A DNA stretch of 60,423 bases, counting the filler, from Thelocarpon superellum (Eukaryota), in assembly GCA_026025795.1 (NCBI GenBank). It is 6 parts of 6 records of this genome, joined end to end, with 100 filler letters (N's around TTAATTAATTAA, not from the genome) between each part and the next. Parts side by side here need not be neighbours in the genome. Positions count along the whole stretch, not along the records: positions 10,173 to 20,232 come from JAPEUG010000544.1; positions 20,333 to 30,390 come from JAPEUG010000545.1; 4 more parts are not named here. One strand, 5' to 3'. Within the stretch, counting starts at the first letter, position 1, and the number at the start of each line of letters is the position of its first letter. The notes under the pieces are model-generated. The model was not told the origin of the DNA. It saw only the letters and a list, made by a program, of their open reading frames with translations, and did no database searches. The translations under genes and the position numbers were made by a program. Below are positions 13,184-25,957 of this stretch, one piece after another.

Positions 13184-13753
13184 GGTGAAGTTTCTACGAA
13201 AGTTGATGGGGGATGAGGACGAGAATGAGAGTTCGCGGCTTCATGGCGAGACGCAGCACTGTCGGGGACCGTGGGACATCCCAAATAAGACCATGCTCAT
13301 GCATCAGACTTTTGGAAATTTCCATGTCAAATGAAACCAAGCACCAGGAGACGAGGTGGACCAGAGGTGCAGATGCATGTGCATTCTTGGCCTACTCGGG
13401 CCCCTGTGAATCGCCACGTGTCACGGGAATTCTATGGAAGAGTCGAAAGGAGGAACCGGCCCGCGCTCGTCTCTCTTCTCCCGACATGAAAGTTAAGAAC
13501 CCAGAAGCTCGAAATTTGACTCAACGCTCTCCAGCCTCCTTGGGCGTGGAGCTGTATTAGCTGGGGAGACCAAGGCCTCCATTTGAGCCGTCGTAGTCTC
13601 AAGAACAGAGAGCGAGGCCGTGGGACTCATCTCCTGGGCGGTCCATGAGCTCGATGTTCCGTTGATGCGATACATGTCATCATTGCCCTCCACCACCACG
13701 ATGCGTTGCCCGGCCTGACGTGGGCATCGGTGCTCTCTACGCCATCGGTGACC

Positions 13754-14500
13754 ATGTCCTCCACATTGTCGGCTGCGGCGGCGGAGCGGGATGGGAAAGG
13801 ACGGGCGCAGGCCTTTCGTTTCCTCGATCTTCCGGCAGAACTCCGCAATCGCATATATCGCATGCATCTCGTCTGCGATCCCGTGGTGCTCGACCTAGAC
13901 CCGCAAAATCCCCGCACCATTGGCCCTCGTCTGAGACTGCTCCGGACATGTCGCCAGGTCCATCGTGAAGCCTCGCGCGTCTTCTACGGCGACAACACCT
14001 TCCGTATCTTCCCCCTCCACCGCCGCTTCTTCAATTCGAAGCGCCCCTTGCTCATGCGCCTGAATTCGCGGCATCGGGCGACCATCGTCTGCTTGGAGTT
14101 GCGGGTCGGACCGGGTTGGGCCAAGCCGCCCAAGTCCTGGGCATTGGAGGCATCTCTTGGCTTGCACGACATGGTGTCGGTGCGACGGTTGAAGATCTTT
14201 TGCGAATGTGACCCGTCGCATCCCATCTTCACCGGCTTCCGCGTCGGCAAGGACTACTACACCTCCTTTTGTGGCTTGCTCGTGCAGCAGGTCATCGCTC
14301 AGGTCCCGTCCATCGAAGAGGTGCAGTTCGACGCCTATCCATCCGTCTCTCGGGAGGGCCCCTTGATGACCCGCCTGCTGTACGAGGCCAAGGTCGCCCG
14401 CAAGACCATCACCTGGGGCCCTCTGCGGGGTTGGGAAGAGGTCATCAACATCGGCCATGGGGTTGCGCCCCTCGGCTTGGACGTGAAGATTCATACGTGA
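13754..14500 (+). CDS. Hypothetical protein with N-terminal F-box-like motif
   Basis: FRFLDLPAELRNRIY and LLRTCRQVHREASRVFYGDNTF, typical of fungal F-box-like proteins; intronless ORF. Confidence 0.8.
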   Translation: MSSTLSAAAAERDGKGRAQAFRFLDLPAELRNRIYRMHLVCDPVVLDLDPQNPRTIGPRLRLLRTCRQVHREASRVFYGDNTFRIFPLHRRFFNSKRPLLMRLNSRHRATIVCLELRVGPGWAKPPKSWALEASLGLHDMVSVRRLKIFCECDPSHPIFTGFRVGKDYYTSFCGLLVQQVIAQVPSIEEVQFDAYPSVSREGPLMTRLLYEAKVARKTITWGPLRGWEEVINIGHGVAPLGLDVKIHT

Positions 14501-14646
14501 GGCACATGCATGCAAGAGAAATGGAAGGAATGTCAAGGATCTCCATGCTATATAACACGTCCGCGTCCCATATCATCGGCGTCTGGATGCGATTATGGGC
14601 GGATATTGTACAGAGAGGTCGCGTGACGGGCCGTCTGATGCTTGAA

Positions 14647-15852
14647 TCACAACTCTTCGTCCGTGCCGTCTACCTCCATGGCGCCATCCGGGCCTCCGTT
14701 GGACCCGCCGTTGGTGTCGCCGTTATTCTTCGCCACCGACGCTTCCTTGTCGATCATCTGCCGCGAGACGGACACGATGTTATCCTCGATGAGCTGCTGA
14801 CCCACGTCCTCAAGGTCTGATGGTACACGCGTCAGTAAGGGCAGCACCGAGGTTGCACGAGGACGTACGCTTCTTGGGATCCACCTTGCCGACGTATCGT
14901 GTCTTGAGTTGCTCGGGCGTCAGCTCGGTCTCCTCCTTGACCCGCTTCTCGTAGCCCTCGGCCAAGCTGACTAAGCGCGTAAGCTTCTCGACGTTTTTGC
15001 TGCCCTCATGGCGGAAGTCGTCCATCTGTAAGGCTTCGGTCCAGACGTGCTTGTGTAGGTTCATCAGCATGTTCTCCTCAAGTCCCGTCTTGCGATAGTT
15101 GATGCCGATGCTGTAGTAGTGTCGATTCAGACCGTGTATCAGGGCCTGGATGGAGGGCTTGTTGAGATGGCCCAGGTTCGACGTTGTTTGCCGCGGCTCC
15201 TGGCCCATCATCAGGGACTGTGGGCTGATCAGGCGGAAGGCGTCGATGACGACTTTGCCCTTGACGGACTGGATAGGGTCGACGACCACGGCTACGGCAC
15301 GAGGGGTAAGCTGCTCGAACGACTGCTGCGTGTTGATGTCGACAGAGGAGAGCCAGCAGCCGAAGCCCGGATGCGAGTGGTACCATCCCACCACCGTCTC
15401 CGGTCTAGGGCACCAGTCAGCCCATCTTTCTCGGGGGGGAGGCAAGGCGAGCAGACCGTCCCGTTTGCCGCAACATCTCCATCATCTTGGTTTGGAAGAC
15501 AGGGTCGACGGCCTCGACACTCACGCCCGTTCCGCTCTGAGGCATCGCGAAGACGTCCACCACCCGGACGGTGTAGTCATCGACAAACTCGCCCAGCATG
15601 AGACCCATGACCTCCATCGGCACTCCCGCCCGACCATGCCGAAGCATCTTGAGCAGAGCAAGCGACGAGATGTAGACCGTCTCGGAGTTGTCGATCAGAT
15701 GCTGGTTGTCCTGTGGCACCTCGCGGTCAGCCGCCGCTTCGTCCATTGCGCACACGGCGTCGACCTCGCCCATCACTCACCTGGCCTGGGGGGCCTGAGC
15801 TCATGCCGCCCATCCCCTGGGCGGCCTGCAGCATGCGATTTAATCGGTCCAT
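14647..15852 (-). CDS. RPN11: 26S proteasome lid deubiquitinase Rpn11
   Basis: [33 protein letters not shown] and JAMM motif [19 protein letters not shown]; starts [15 protein letters not shown]; three introns. Confidence 0.97.
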
Positions 15853-16513
15853 CGTTGGATGTAGACGTGGCACAAGCTAATGATAAGCTTCACGTATTGC
15901 CTGCGGTGCGGTCGAAAGATGCTGTCGATACCGGACGGCTGGCTTCTGTGGGCGACCGGAGAAGAACCGGAGAAGCCCTGCAGGTGGCGACGAGGCAACC
16001 TCCCCTCATTGACGGCCCATAGTGCTTTGCATAGGCTAGATGCCTTACGAATGATCACCCTTCCTCGGCGTTGCTTATGATTGCTATGACCCTGTATTTG
16101 CAGCGTTGCCTGAAGAGCTCTTGTGATTCTACATTCACCACATCTACGACGGGGATGAGCACGAGTACGTGGTTTGGCCGCCTAGGCGGCGCCCCAGTTA
16201 CTAGAGTCGTAGCCCGACTCTCTATTGGTCCAGGGTCGCCGCTAAGACTGGAGTGGACGATTCCCCAAGAGACCTCGCGATCCGCACGGTGCCGGATACC
16301 GACCTATTGTGCAGCGTGCACCGCCAGTCCGCCGATCCGCCGGTGATTGGCTAAGCTCAGTGAGCTTCTCCTTGTGTGCTATATATCCTCGTCGCATCAG
16401 CCACGCTCGATCTTCAACGCTCATTGCAAGACTGTGAACGGCATCCATCGGCGCAGGACCTACTTCGATTGTTACCCCCATCTTGCGCGGGATCGCCAAC
16501 CATATCCTCCGCC

Positions 16514-18678
16514 ATGGCGTCCTTCGCCCCCCTGGATCAGCCGGTGCTCAACGGCTCAGCAGATCGCAAGAAGGTCGCATATTTCTACGATTCCGATGTG
16601 GGGAACTATGCCTACGTCGCCGGCCATCCGATGAAGCCACATCGAATCCGGATGGCCCACAGCTTGATCATGAATTACGGGCTATACAAGAAGATGGAAA
16701 TTTATGTATGTCTCCTCCGCCCAAGTGCCCTCGACCGAGCCTCGACCGAGGGCGCACGTATGACGTTCACGCCGTTGACCTCCATCGCCGCAGCGCGCCA
16801 AACCAGCCAACCGGCTGGAGATGACGCAATTTCACACCGACGAATATGTCGATTTTCTCCAGAAGGTGACCCCAGACAACATGGAGGCGTACGCCAAGGA
16901 GCAGACCAAGTATAACGTGGGCGACGACTGCCCCGTCTTCGACGGCTTGTTCGAGTTCTGCGGCATCAGCGCCGGAGGCAGCATGGAGGGAGCAGCGCGA
17001 CTGAATCGTGGCAAGTGTGACATTGCCGTCAATTGGGCCGGCGGCCTCCACCACGCCAAGAAGAGCGAGGCCAGCGGCTTCTGCTACATCAACGGTATGC
17101 CACCCCCCTCCCCGCTGATCGGCCATGGCGTGAGCGTCTCGCTGAAGCCTCGCGCGCGACCCATAGACATCGTGCTGGGCATCATCGAGCTCCTGCGATA
17201 CAAGCAGCGGGTCCTTTACATTGACATTGACGTCCATCACGGCGACGGGGTCGAAGAGGCCTTTTACACCACGGACCGGGTCATGACGGTGTCCTTCCAC
17301 AAGTACGGAGAGTATTTTCCTGGCACTGGCGAGCTCCGTGACATCGGCGTCGGACAGGGAAAGTATTACGCGGTGAACTTCCCGCTGCGCGACGGCATCG
17401 ACGATAAGTCGTACAAGGGCATCTTTGAGCCGGTCATCAAGAGCGTGATGGAATGGTATCGACCCGAGGCCATTGTGCTGCAGTGCGGCGGTGATAGCCT
17501 GTCGGGCGACCGACTGGGCTGCTTCAACCTCAGCATGAAGGGCCATGCGAATTGCGTCAACTACGTCAAGACCTTTGGCCTGCCTGTGCTGGTCCTCGGC
17601 GGCGGCGGCTACACGATGCGGAACGTGTCGCGCACCTGGGCCTACGAGACGGGCATGTTGGTGGGCGAGAACATGGGCCCGGAACTTCCCTACAATGACT
17701 ACTACGAGGTATGGCTCTTGATACGCGGCCGTCTCTCGTGCGTGTCGCTGACCTGACGTCCAGTATTTTGGTCCGGACTACGAGCTTGACGTGCGCCCAT
17801 CCAATATGGACAATGCCAATTCGCGGGAATACCTCGACAAGATCAAGTCGCAAGTCATCGAGAATCTCAAGCGCACCGCCTTTGCCCCGTCTGTGCAGAT
17901 GACCGATGTGCCCCGTGATCCCGAAGGAATGGACGACGAAGCCGACGCCATCCTCGACGACCTGGACGAGGATGAGAACAAAGATTCTCGCTACAGTAAG
18001 CGGCGATGGGAAAAGTACGTGGAGAAGGACGGCGAGCTCAGCGAGAGCGAGGATGAAGAAGAGAATGAGCGACAGGGCGTGCGGAAACAGCCGGGGGTGA
18101 CGAAACGGCGGAACTTGATGGACTACCACAACGTCAACGCGCCCACGGACTTCGACAGCGCCGTGGGCACGCCTGAGCCCAATGGCAGCCAAGCCGGGCG
18201 AGAGGGAGCTGCGCCACCCGCGGACGCGGACAGCAGCGCCGACGCCCCGGAGCCGACCAAGTCCGCTTCCGCCACCCCTCCGGCCCGCGAAGAATCGCCG
18301 TCCAATCCCTCGCCCCGTGCGTCTCCGCGCGAAGCACCGACGGATCAAGATGGCGACGTGGAGATGGACTCGGCCCCTGCCCCAGAGATAGCGGCAGCGG
18401 CCTCGCCCTCCGAGGCTGCCCCAGTTCAGACGCAAGTGACGACCCCTCCATTGTCGCCCACCACGGCGCTAGATGACATTCCGGACGACGCCCCTCCCAC
18501 GACTACCCTCCCCACAGCCGCCGCGCCCCTCACGGATGAGGCCGAGATGGATGAGGGCGACACGCTGGAGGGCGACACGCTGGAGGACTCGGCCATCGCC
18601 AAGGAGGAAGGAGGCGCGGAGCGGAAAGGGGAAGACCTGGCAGGCGAAGAGGCCACGGAGCACGCTCGAGAGCCCTGA
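16514..18678 (+). CDS. RPD3: Class I histone deacetylase Rpd3/RpdA
   Basis: [61 protein letters not shown], acidic C-terminal tail; three introns. Confidence 0.97.
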
Positions 18679-19605
18679 TGACACGACCAATGCATCCTGC
18701 AGCCACTCTCGAGGGGAGGAGGGTTTGGTTGACACCTTTGATTTGCTCACTGCATGCCGCATGGGCTGGCGCTTTTGGACGACGGCAATGGCGCTCACGT
18801 CTTCTGATCTATGTGGTGTACCATAGCGAACGCTCCGATGTCCATCTTCCACCGACACGAAGGTCTCTATGGGGAGATGGCATGATTTATCTGCCTGGCT
18901 TTTGACCGTAAAAACGGAGGGTGCGGACAGGTACCTGTCTCCTACGTTGGCAATCATTTTCTTGCAGCGTTGGAGCCTTGAAAATCGTAAGGACGTGCAC
19001 ACATTTGAGCAGACACCAAATGTTGGCTTCACGAGGCAAGGACCTATGCTCCGCGGTGCAGCCGTTGTCCTTGCGGGACCTGAAGAGGTTGTAGGGCTTC
19101 TAGCCGAGCGAACGTCTCATGGGGGCCGTCCGGGTGGAATGTCACCTTCGCCCCAGGTGACGAACGAGGTCGTCGGAAGGGAGTTTACATATTGCAGCAG
19201 CTCCGGGGCACGGAACGATGCGTAGGAATGTTATGTCTTGTGTCTCGATGAGAAGGACAACTCTGCGGCTTGGCTGAATGATGAAAGGGTGGAAAATTGG
19301 CTTGGTCCACTGGTACTACCAATAGTCGTGGTGGGGTAACAGGACACGAAACCCTAATCGCTACGAGCGCCAAGACTTGCAACTTGGGCCGGCACAAACT
19401 CCATTTCCGTCCTCGACGATTCGTTGGTGCAGGACATTTACCACCACCCGCTTCTCCTCCACCCTGCCTCACGCTGAAGTGGTGGGACTCCTTGAGACCC
19501 TTCAATCGCCGTGGTCTGTGCGGGACTTTGCGAGCCCGATTCCTCGTGCGGGATCCTGTGCCTGATCCATCCGTGACCTCAATTCAACTCTACAGCCTCC
19601 TCGCC

Positions 19606-20192
19606 ATGTCGAAACGCGGCCGTGGCGGCGCTTCGGGCAACAAGCTCAAGATGACCTTGGGTCTCCCTGTGTATGTCTCGCTGAAAATGTGGAGGATGGC
19701 CCCGCTAACGAAGGACAGTGGGGCAGTGATGAACTGCTGCGACAACTCGGGCGCACGAAATCTGTACATCATCTCGGTCAAGGGCATCGGTGCGCGGTTG
19801 AACCGACTTCCAGCGGCTGGCGTGGGTGATATGGTCATGGCGACGGTCAAGAAGGGAAAGCCGGAGCTGCGAAAGAAGGTGATGCCAGCCGTGGTGGTGC
19901 GACAGAGCAAGCCGTGGCGGAGACCAGATGGCGTCTTCCTGTACTTTGAAGATAACGCCGGTGTGGTGAGTGCTCCAGCGTGGGATTTGTGCAACGGATC
20001 CTGGCAAGCTGACCAGGTCTACGACAGATTGTCAACCCTAAGGGCGAGATGAAGGGTTCAGCCATCACTGGACCGGTGGGCAAAGAAGCAGCGGAGCTAT
20101 GGCCGGTATGTTCTTCTTGTTCCAGCCTGCTGCCATTTACGCTGACACTACATGCACAGCGTATTGCCAGCAACTCGGGCGTGGTGATGTGA
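19606..20192 (+). CDS. RPL23: 60S ribosomal protein L23 (uL14)
   Basis: [21 protein letters not shown]...[16 protein letters not shown]...YFEDNAGV, ending [14 protein letters not shown]; three introns. Confidence 0.97.
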
Positions 20193-20232
20193 GGTGAGGC
20201 GATGCGCTGCTGTCAAGTCCACAATCCATGGG

Positions 20233-20332
20233 NNNNNNNNNNNNNNNNNNNNNNNNNNNNNNNNNNNNNNNNNNNNTTAATTAATTAANNNNNNNNNNNN
20301 NNNNNNNNNNNNNNNNNNNNNNNNNNNNNNNN
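20233..20332. other. Artificial contig-join spacer
   Basis: N44-TTAATTAATTAA-N44. Confidence 0.99.
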
Positions 20333-20651
20333 CGGCGCAATGTACTCTGATTGATGCCCATCTTCTGAGGGAACCACTGCCGCCGGGTCAGCGCCAATGG
20401 ACCTCGCACGTCGAGGAGGACCGTGACATACCATACACGTCCACCTTGTGCTGTTTCATCAGTTCGCGGAGCTGAGTCAAGCGGGCCGTGGTGTTGATCG
20501 TTTCCATCGTGGGCAGCTCCCGTCTGACGCACGTGCTGCTGAACCGGTGGCTGCGACGCCTTGCGAGCAAGATAGACGGCACGGACCCCGAGGAAAAGGT
20601 GTGAGTGAGACCAGTGTAGCGTCTAAGGGCAGTCAACGCAGGAGCACACAT
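20333..20651 (-). CDS. Xaa-Pro aminopeptidase P (M24B), 5' fragment truncated at contig end
   Basis: METINTTARLTQLRELMKQHKVDVY / VPSEDGHQSEYIAP is the conserved aminopeptidase P N-terminus. ATGs at 20651 and 20507 are in frame. Confidence 0.88.
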
Positions 20652-21180
20652 GTATAAGCCTCGCAGGGTGCGTCTTTGCTGGCGGCCGATTGGTGGCTGG
20701 AGGGCGGGGGAAAGCCGCGGGACGCAGCGGGGCTTGGGGACCGGGGCCGGGGGCCGGGGCCGGGGCGGGGGACAGGGGACGGGCCGAGCTTCGTGATAGC
20801 TGCCAAACTGCCACAGGCTGCTCGACCATGCGAGCACACACGGACTTCGTCTGGGTTCGTAAAGCGGCGTCACGTGGGGGCCCCTCAGCGGCAAATCGCG
20901 GTCCATGTACTCCGGAAGTCGACATCGATCACGCCGCTTTATAAACGGGGTGACCGCAACCCACGGCATTGATGCCGCAGGATCAACAATCGTCCATCGC
21001 GACGTGCATCGCCGGGACGACGTCGCCGAGACTTCTCTCATCCAAAATGCCTCTAGCACGACACGCGTGTTCGGGCGACGTTCGCTACTTCCCTCATCCG
21101 TCGCAGGCCCGAGAACGTCAGGATTTCATCTGCCCACGGGCTCAATCCCGCTCCCAGCGACGCTTTGCCTCAACCCCACC

Positions 21181-24100
21181 ATGCTCCGTGGCTACCAGGT
21201 CGAGGATGAGGCGGCCGAGGGTGAGATTGCGATGCCCACGTCCATTGAAGGCATCGAATTCGTAAGCCTCCGCCCACTTTGAGCGAGGTCTCCCGCTCAA
21301 GGACGTCATTGCAGCTCGTGACGCAACTCTATCGGCCCGGCTCCCCTGAGCAGATTGCCAAGATCCAAGAGAAGCTCCAGAAGCTACAACGCTCAGACTA
21401 TGGATGGCAGATAGCCGACGCGCTTCTTGCGAACGACCGAAGCGATGAGATTCGTTTCTTTGGCGCCCTCACCTTCACCGTCAAGCTCAATCTCGATGGG
21501 TGAGTGGCGTCCCATCCACTGGCAGCGCCCCATGATGCTGAGAGCCGGTGCAGGGACTCCTTGGACGTCGACGCGGCCCAAGCCCTCCTTGATCGTCTCT
21601 TGTCGTGGTTCCTCCGCTGGGTTACGCAATCGGCCAGCGCCATGGTCCTGAAGAAGCTCTGTTCCACCCTCGTCGCCTACTTCATTCGCTTCCCAACGCT
21701 CTGGGAACAGTGCATGCGACATGTCTTGGGCTCCTTCTATCAGGGCGCCGCCATCCCCCTGTCCGGTCTCGACAAGCTTCCCGATACCGACATCCTCGTG
21801 GCAGGGCTGGGGCCGGCGCAGTGCCAGGCATCGCTATGGTTCAGCACCACGCTGGTGGACGAGGTCAGCAAGATCAATAGCAGTAACATGAAGCAGTACG
21901 GGTCATCCCTCCCGTCCCATGGTCGATGAGACTCTTCTGACCTGACCGGGGTGGCAGGCAAAATTACCATGACAAGATGATGCTGAATGTCCGCGATGCC
22001 GTGTCGCTCATCCAGCACGTCTGGACGAGCGATGGAGGAGCAGAATTGCCGACGGTGGGGCCGGCCATGGTCCAGTCGCCAGCAAAGGAAGGCATGGCCT
22101 CTTTCCAGGTATGTCGGCGTCGATGACTACTGCGACCGTTGTCCCTGACCTGCGGGGATAGTCCTGGGTCTTGTACGCCCACCGGGCCTTCGTTGATGCC
22201 ACCATCACCCTCGAGCCTCTGCGGCAATTGACGGCACGGGCGATGCACCTCCTAGAGCACCAGGAAGTGTTCGGAACGGCGGCGGACTGTTTTATCGATA
22301 TCCTGACCAACTTCCCCTTGTTCTTGACGCGAGAACAGCTCCAGATGCTCGCGTTGTGCCTGACGGCGGACTGGGCGCAACGTCGGATGCAACCCCTGCT
22401 CGAGGGGGTATTTGACGAGGAGAGCATGCCGTTGGCACGATTACTTCTTGCCTTCGGAGAAGCCACAGTGCCAGAGCTGGCCCAGGCGGCCCCGCACCTC
22501 GAGCCGGAGAAGGTCATGTACATGCTGCATTCGTTGTTGGCATGCCCCGGCTATCCCGTGGCCGAGGACGAGATTTGCACGCAGGCCCTGGACTTCTGGG
22601 CGAGCTACGCCGAGTTCCTGATCGATACCACGTACGCCGACGACGCAGCTGCGTCCCGACCCTGGTTCCCGCGGGCACGTGAACGCCTCGTACACGCCGT
22701 CCACCTTGCCTGGAAGAAGACCCGCTTGCCCCCGCCCGCAGACGGCGCGACATGGGACGCGGATGAGAAAAAAGGCTTCAAAGATTATCGTAAAGACGTG
22801 GCCGACTTCCTCCAGTCGGCCTACGCCGTGCTGGGTCTCGACATGGCCGTCAGCTTTGCCCGGATCGCTGTGCAGTCACTCCAGCCGGGGGCGTCGGACG
22901 AGGCGGAAGCAGCGCTTACGGCGTTGAATGCGCTCAGCGACTACGTATCCCTCGATCAGCAACGCCTCCTCCTCCGCGAGCTGTTGAGTCCTCCCATCTT
23001 TGACCTCATGTCACGCTCTGGCGGGTCGGTGTCGGCAACGACCACACAAGCTTTGCTCACCCTGATCGGCCGCTACGCCCACTACTTCGAGGTCGAACCG
23101 ACCCACCTGGCGCCGGCGCTGAACTTCCTCTTCCGCGCTCTCGGCGAGCCCGCCTCAGCCACAAGCGCCGCCCGGTCCATCTCTGCCCTGTGCGCTTCCT
23201 GCCGAGAGACCCTGACGCCCGAGCTGCACACCTTCCTGCAGCAGTATCAGACCCTCGTGACCCAGCAGCCGCTGGATGCGATGACGCGGGAGAAGGTGCT
23301 CGGAGGCATCGCCGCCGTCGTCCAGGCGCTCCCGACCGCGGAGGCGAGAGTGGAGCCGATGCGGGTGCTGCTGAGCTTGATCCAAGCGAACGTGCAGCAT
23401 GCCCTCGATCTGGCCCGAGCGCAGGATGAGGCGGCCGCGGAGGCTGGGGTCGAGGCTTTGCAGTGTCTGAAGGCGATCGGCAAAGGCTTGCAGGATCTCG
23501 AGGACGGGCCGATCGAGCTCGACGAAGAGCCCGATGGCTCGGTCGACTCCACCTTCTGGGACCAGGGGCCGGGAGCGGAGGTGCAAGGGATCATCGTGCA
23601 CATGATCGAGCTGATGCGCCAGACCTTTCCAGCCAGCGGTGACATCGTCGAGGCCGCCTGCGCCACCTTCCGCACGGGCTTCGCCGAGCGGATGCCAGGA
23701 CCGTTCGTCTTCCCGCCCGAGGTCACGACTAGCTTCCTCTTGCACAGCGACCTGCATACGCCTCGCCTCGGCCTGATGCTGGCGACGGCCTGCGCCTGGC
23801 TCGGCTCGCACACGACGGACTCATCGGGCAAGATCGACGAGCAAGCGCAAGCACTGCTGGAGCATGTGGCGGTCCTCATGCACTCGCTCGGCGGTAGGTC
23901 ACCCCTACCCCCTCACAGATGGAGTGCTGGCGTACGACGATGACCGTGACAGGTCCGGGCGAGGATCCCGACGTGGCGCAGAACTGCATCGACGTCGTGC
24001 GCCGCTTCATCCCTCGTTTCCTGAACGTGCTGCTCGGTCTCAAGCCCGATCGCTCGTTGGAGCATGTCTTCCTGTTCACGCTCGATTGTCTACGTGGGCA

Positions 24101-24564
24101 CGAGCTGCTTCCTAAGCGCTCGGCGGCCACGTTCTGGGTGGGTGTCCTCCCTTTTCCCCCATGGCTCATCTGGCGCTCACCTAGACCTCCACGTGCAGGC
24201 CGCCTTTGTAGTCCTCGTCGACGAGCCAGAGCCCACGCAGTCGACGCTCCGCGCCATCATGCAACACGTCGGTCCTTTGCTCGCCGCGGCGCTGATGGCC
24301 AACATCGGCGGTGAGGCGGCGCGGAGCGAGCTCGACCTCTTGGCGGAGTCACTGAAGAAGCTGGTGTGGAAGCAAGCGGGGTCCAAGCGCTGGCTGGAGG
24401 CCGCCTTGGTCGACTCCAGCTTCCCCTCGCAGCGGGTCACGGAGGCGGACAAACGCGAGTTCTTGCAGAAGGTGATGAGCCTGCGTGGCTCCCGCGCCAC
24501 CACCCAAGTGGTCAAGGACTTTTGGCTGGCCTGTCGCGGCAGTCACTTTGCCTACACCTCGTGA
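21181..24564 (+). CDS. Importin-beta family karyopherin (importin-13/Kap122/Mtr10-like)
   Basis: N-terminal IQEKLQKLQRSDYGWQIADALL...IRFFGALTFTVKLN followed by a long HEAT-repeat-like helical ORF (22171-23943), ending FWLACRGSHFAYTS; about six introns. Confidence 0.85.
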
Positions 24565-24576
24565 CGCCCGCACGAT

Positions 24577-25162
24577 CTACAGGGACGCAAAGGCCGCCAG
24601 CGCGCAGGTGGCGCCAAGGGAGAGCTTGAACGCCACATCCTTTTCCAGCGCGGCTCGCAGATCGATGCCCTGTACATAGCGCTGCAGACGTGCATAGGGG
24701 ATGACGTTGAAGCCGCGGGAGGCGGCGAACTATGCAACGAATCATCAGTGTTATGTCTCCTTCTTCACGTAGGCGCCCGTGCGTACCTGGATGCCAAAGA
24801 CGAGCAATCCCAGCACGACGGCCAGGGGTCTAGAAAAGGTGCTGATGGCCAAGCCCGCAAGGAGACCTGGGGGAGCGGTAAGTGCGTGAGCGGCGGACGG
24901 CAATGCGAGCACACGGGCGCCACCAACCGATCACGCTCCCTTTGCTGATCTGACGGTACAGCGAGGCATTCGCCCTCCGATCCTCGCGCTTGGCGTAGGA
25001 CCAATCCCCCGTCGATGAGGTAGCAGGGAGCGGCCCTGCATCACACGAGAGCTTCCAGGAAGGGGCTGTGGCGCGCCAAAGTACACGGCTTGCCAGAATG
25101 GAGCTCCCTGCCGTCAAACCCAAGGTAAAGGTGCGAGCGGGATGGAGCATGCGAAAGGTCAT
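24577..25162 (-). CDS. FUN14-family mitochondrial outer membrane protein
   Basis: YRQISKGSVIG / LLAGLAISTFSRPLAVVLGLLVFGIQ / FAASRGFNVIPY...DVAFKLSLGATCALAAFASL-stop; two introns. Confidence 0.85.
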
Positions 25163-25957
25163 GATGGCGGGACGTGAACTTTGATCAATTGGATTACGAA
25201 GAAGAATGGTGATGGACGAGTGCCGGTGGATTTGCAGGTATTGCAGGTAAAGGACGAAGTACGACGTAGTTACACTGTAGGCGTTTCGGCGTGAGAGTGG
25301 CTTACGCATACGTCACTCGACGGAGTGCGGTTTGCCTCGGGTTGCCAAGGCAAGTGCGCTGCGGTACGGTCGTGAGGTTACGGTCTACCGCTGGTAGGAG
25401 GCCCTGGTCGGTGGGTAGACGGGTCGATCGGGTGCCTGGAGTCCAGATGCTCGAATCGGATGGACGGGGGGCGTGCTAAACTGACCGGGCTAGAAGACTG
25501 GAGGAAGAAAATGCACTATGTTACTAACTACTGCCGAGACTCACGCACGCATGGTGCATGCCCTGGTGCACTCCGTACGTGCCCGTCGGTCCCTGAGAAA
25601 ATTGTTCGGATGGTTCCTCGCCCGGAGTAAGGTGGACGGCTCGACGGCAGCGTTTGGCGGTCCGTGAAGAGTCATCCTCACTTGCGTCCAGACGCTGGCC
25701 GTCCGAATTACGGTATCCTCGGATCAAGTCAACCCCACTAAGATTTCAAAGTCTCTCCTGCGCCATACGTCGCGAATCTTCGTATAATAGCAACGCTGGC
25801 GCCCTGTGACAAGCCTTAACGATTGTCGCCCCACCTTCCACTGCAACACGCCCACCTCCCTTTCTCATTTCTCATCCCACTCGCCACGAGTCTGACCCGC
25901 GTAGACGGCATTTTCTCTGGACATAGCGATTGCACTCAAGTGGCGACTTGAGCCAAG

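Noticed and set aside
15983..15990. GGTGGCGA as an Rpn4/PACE-like site upstream of RPN11
   Set aside because: A short GC-rich word expected by chance in this composition; not supportable from one copy.
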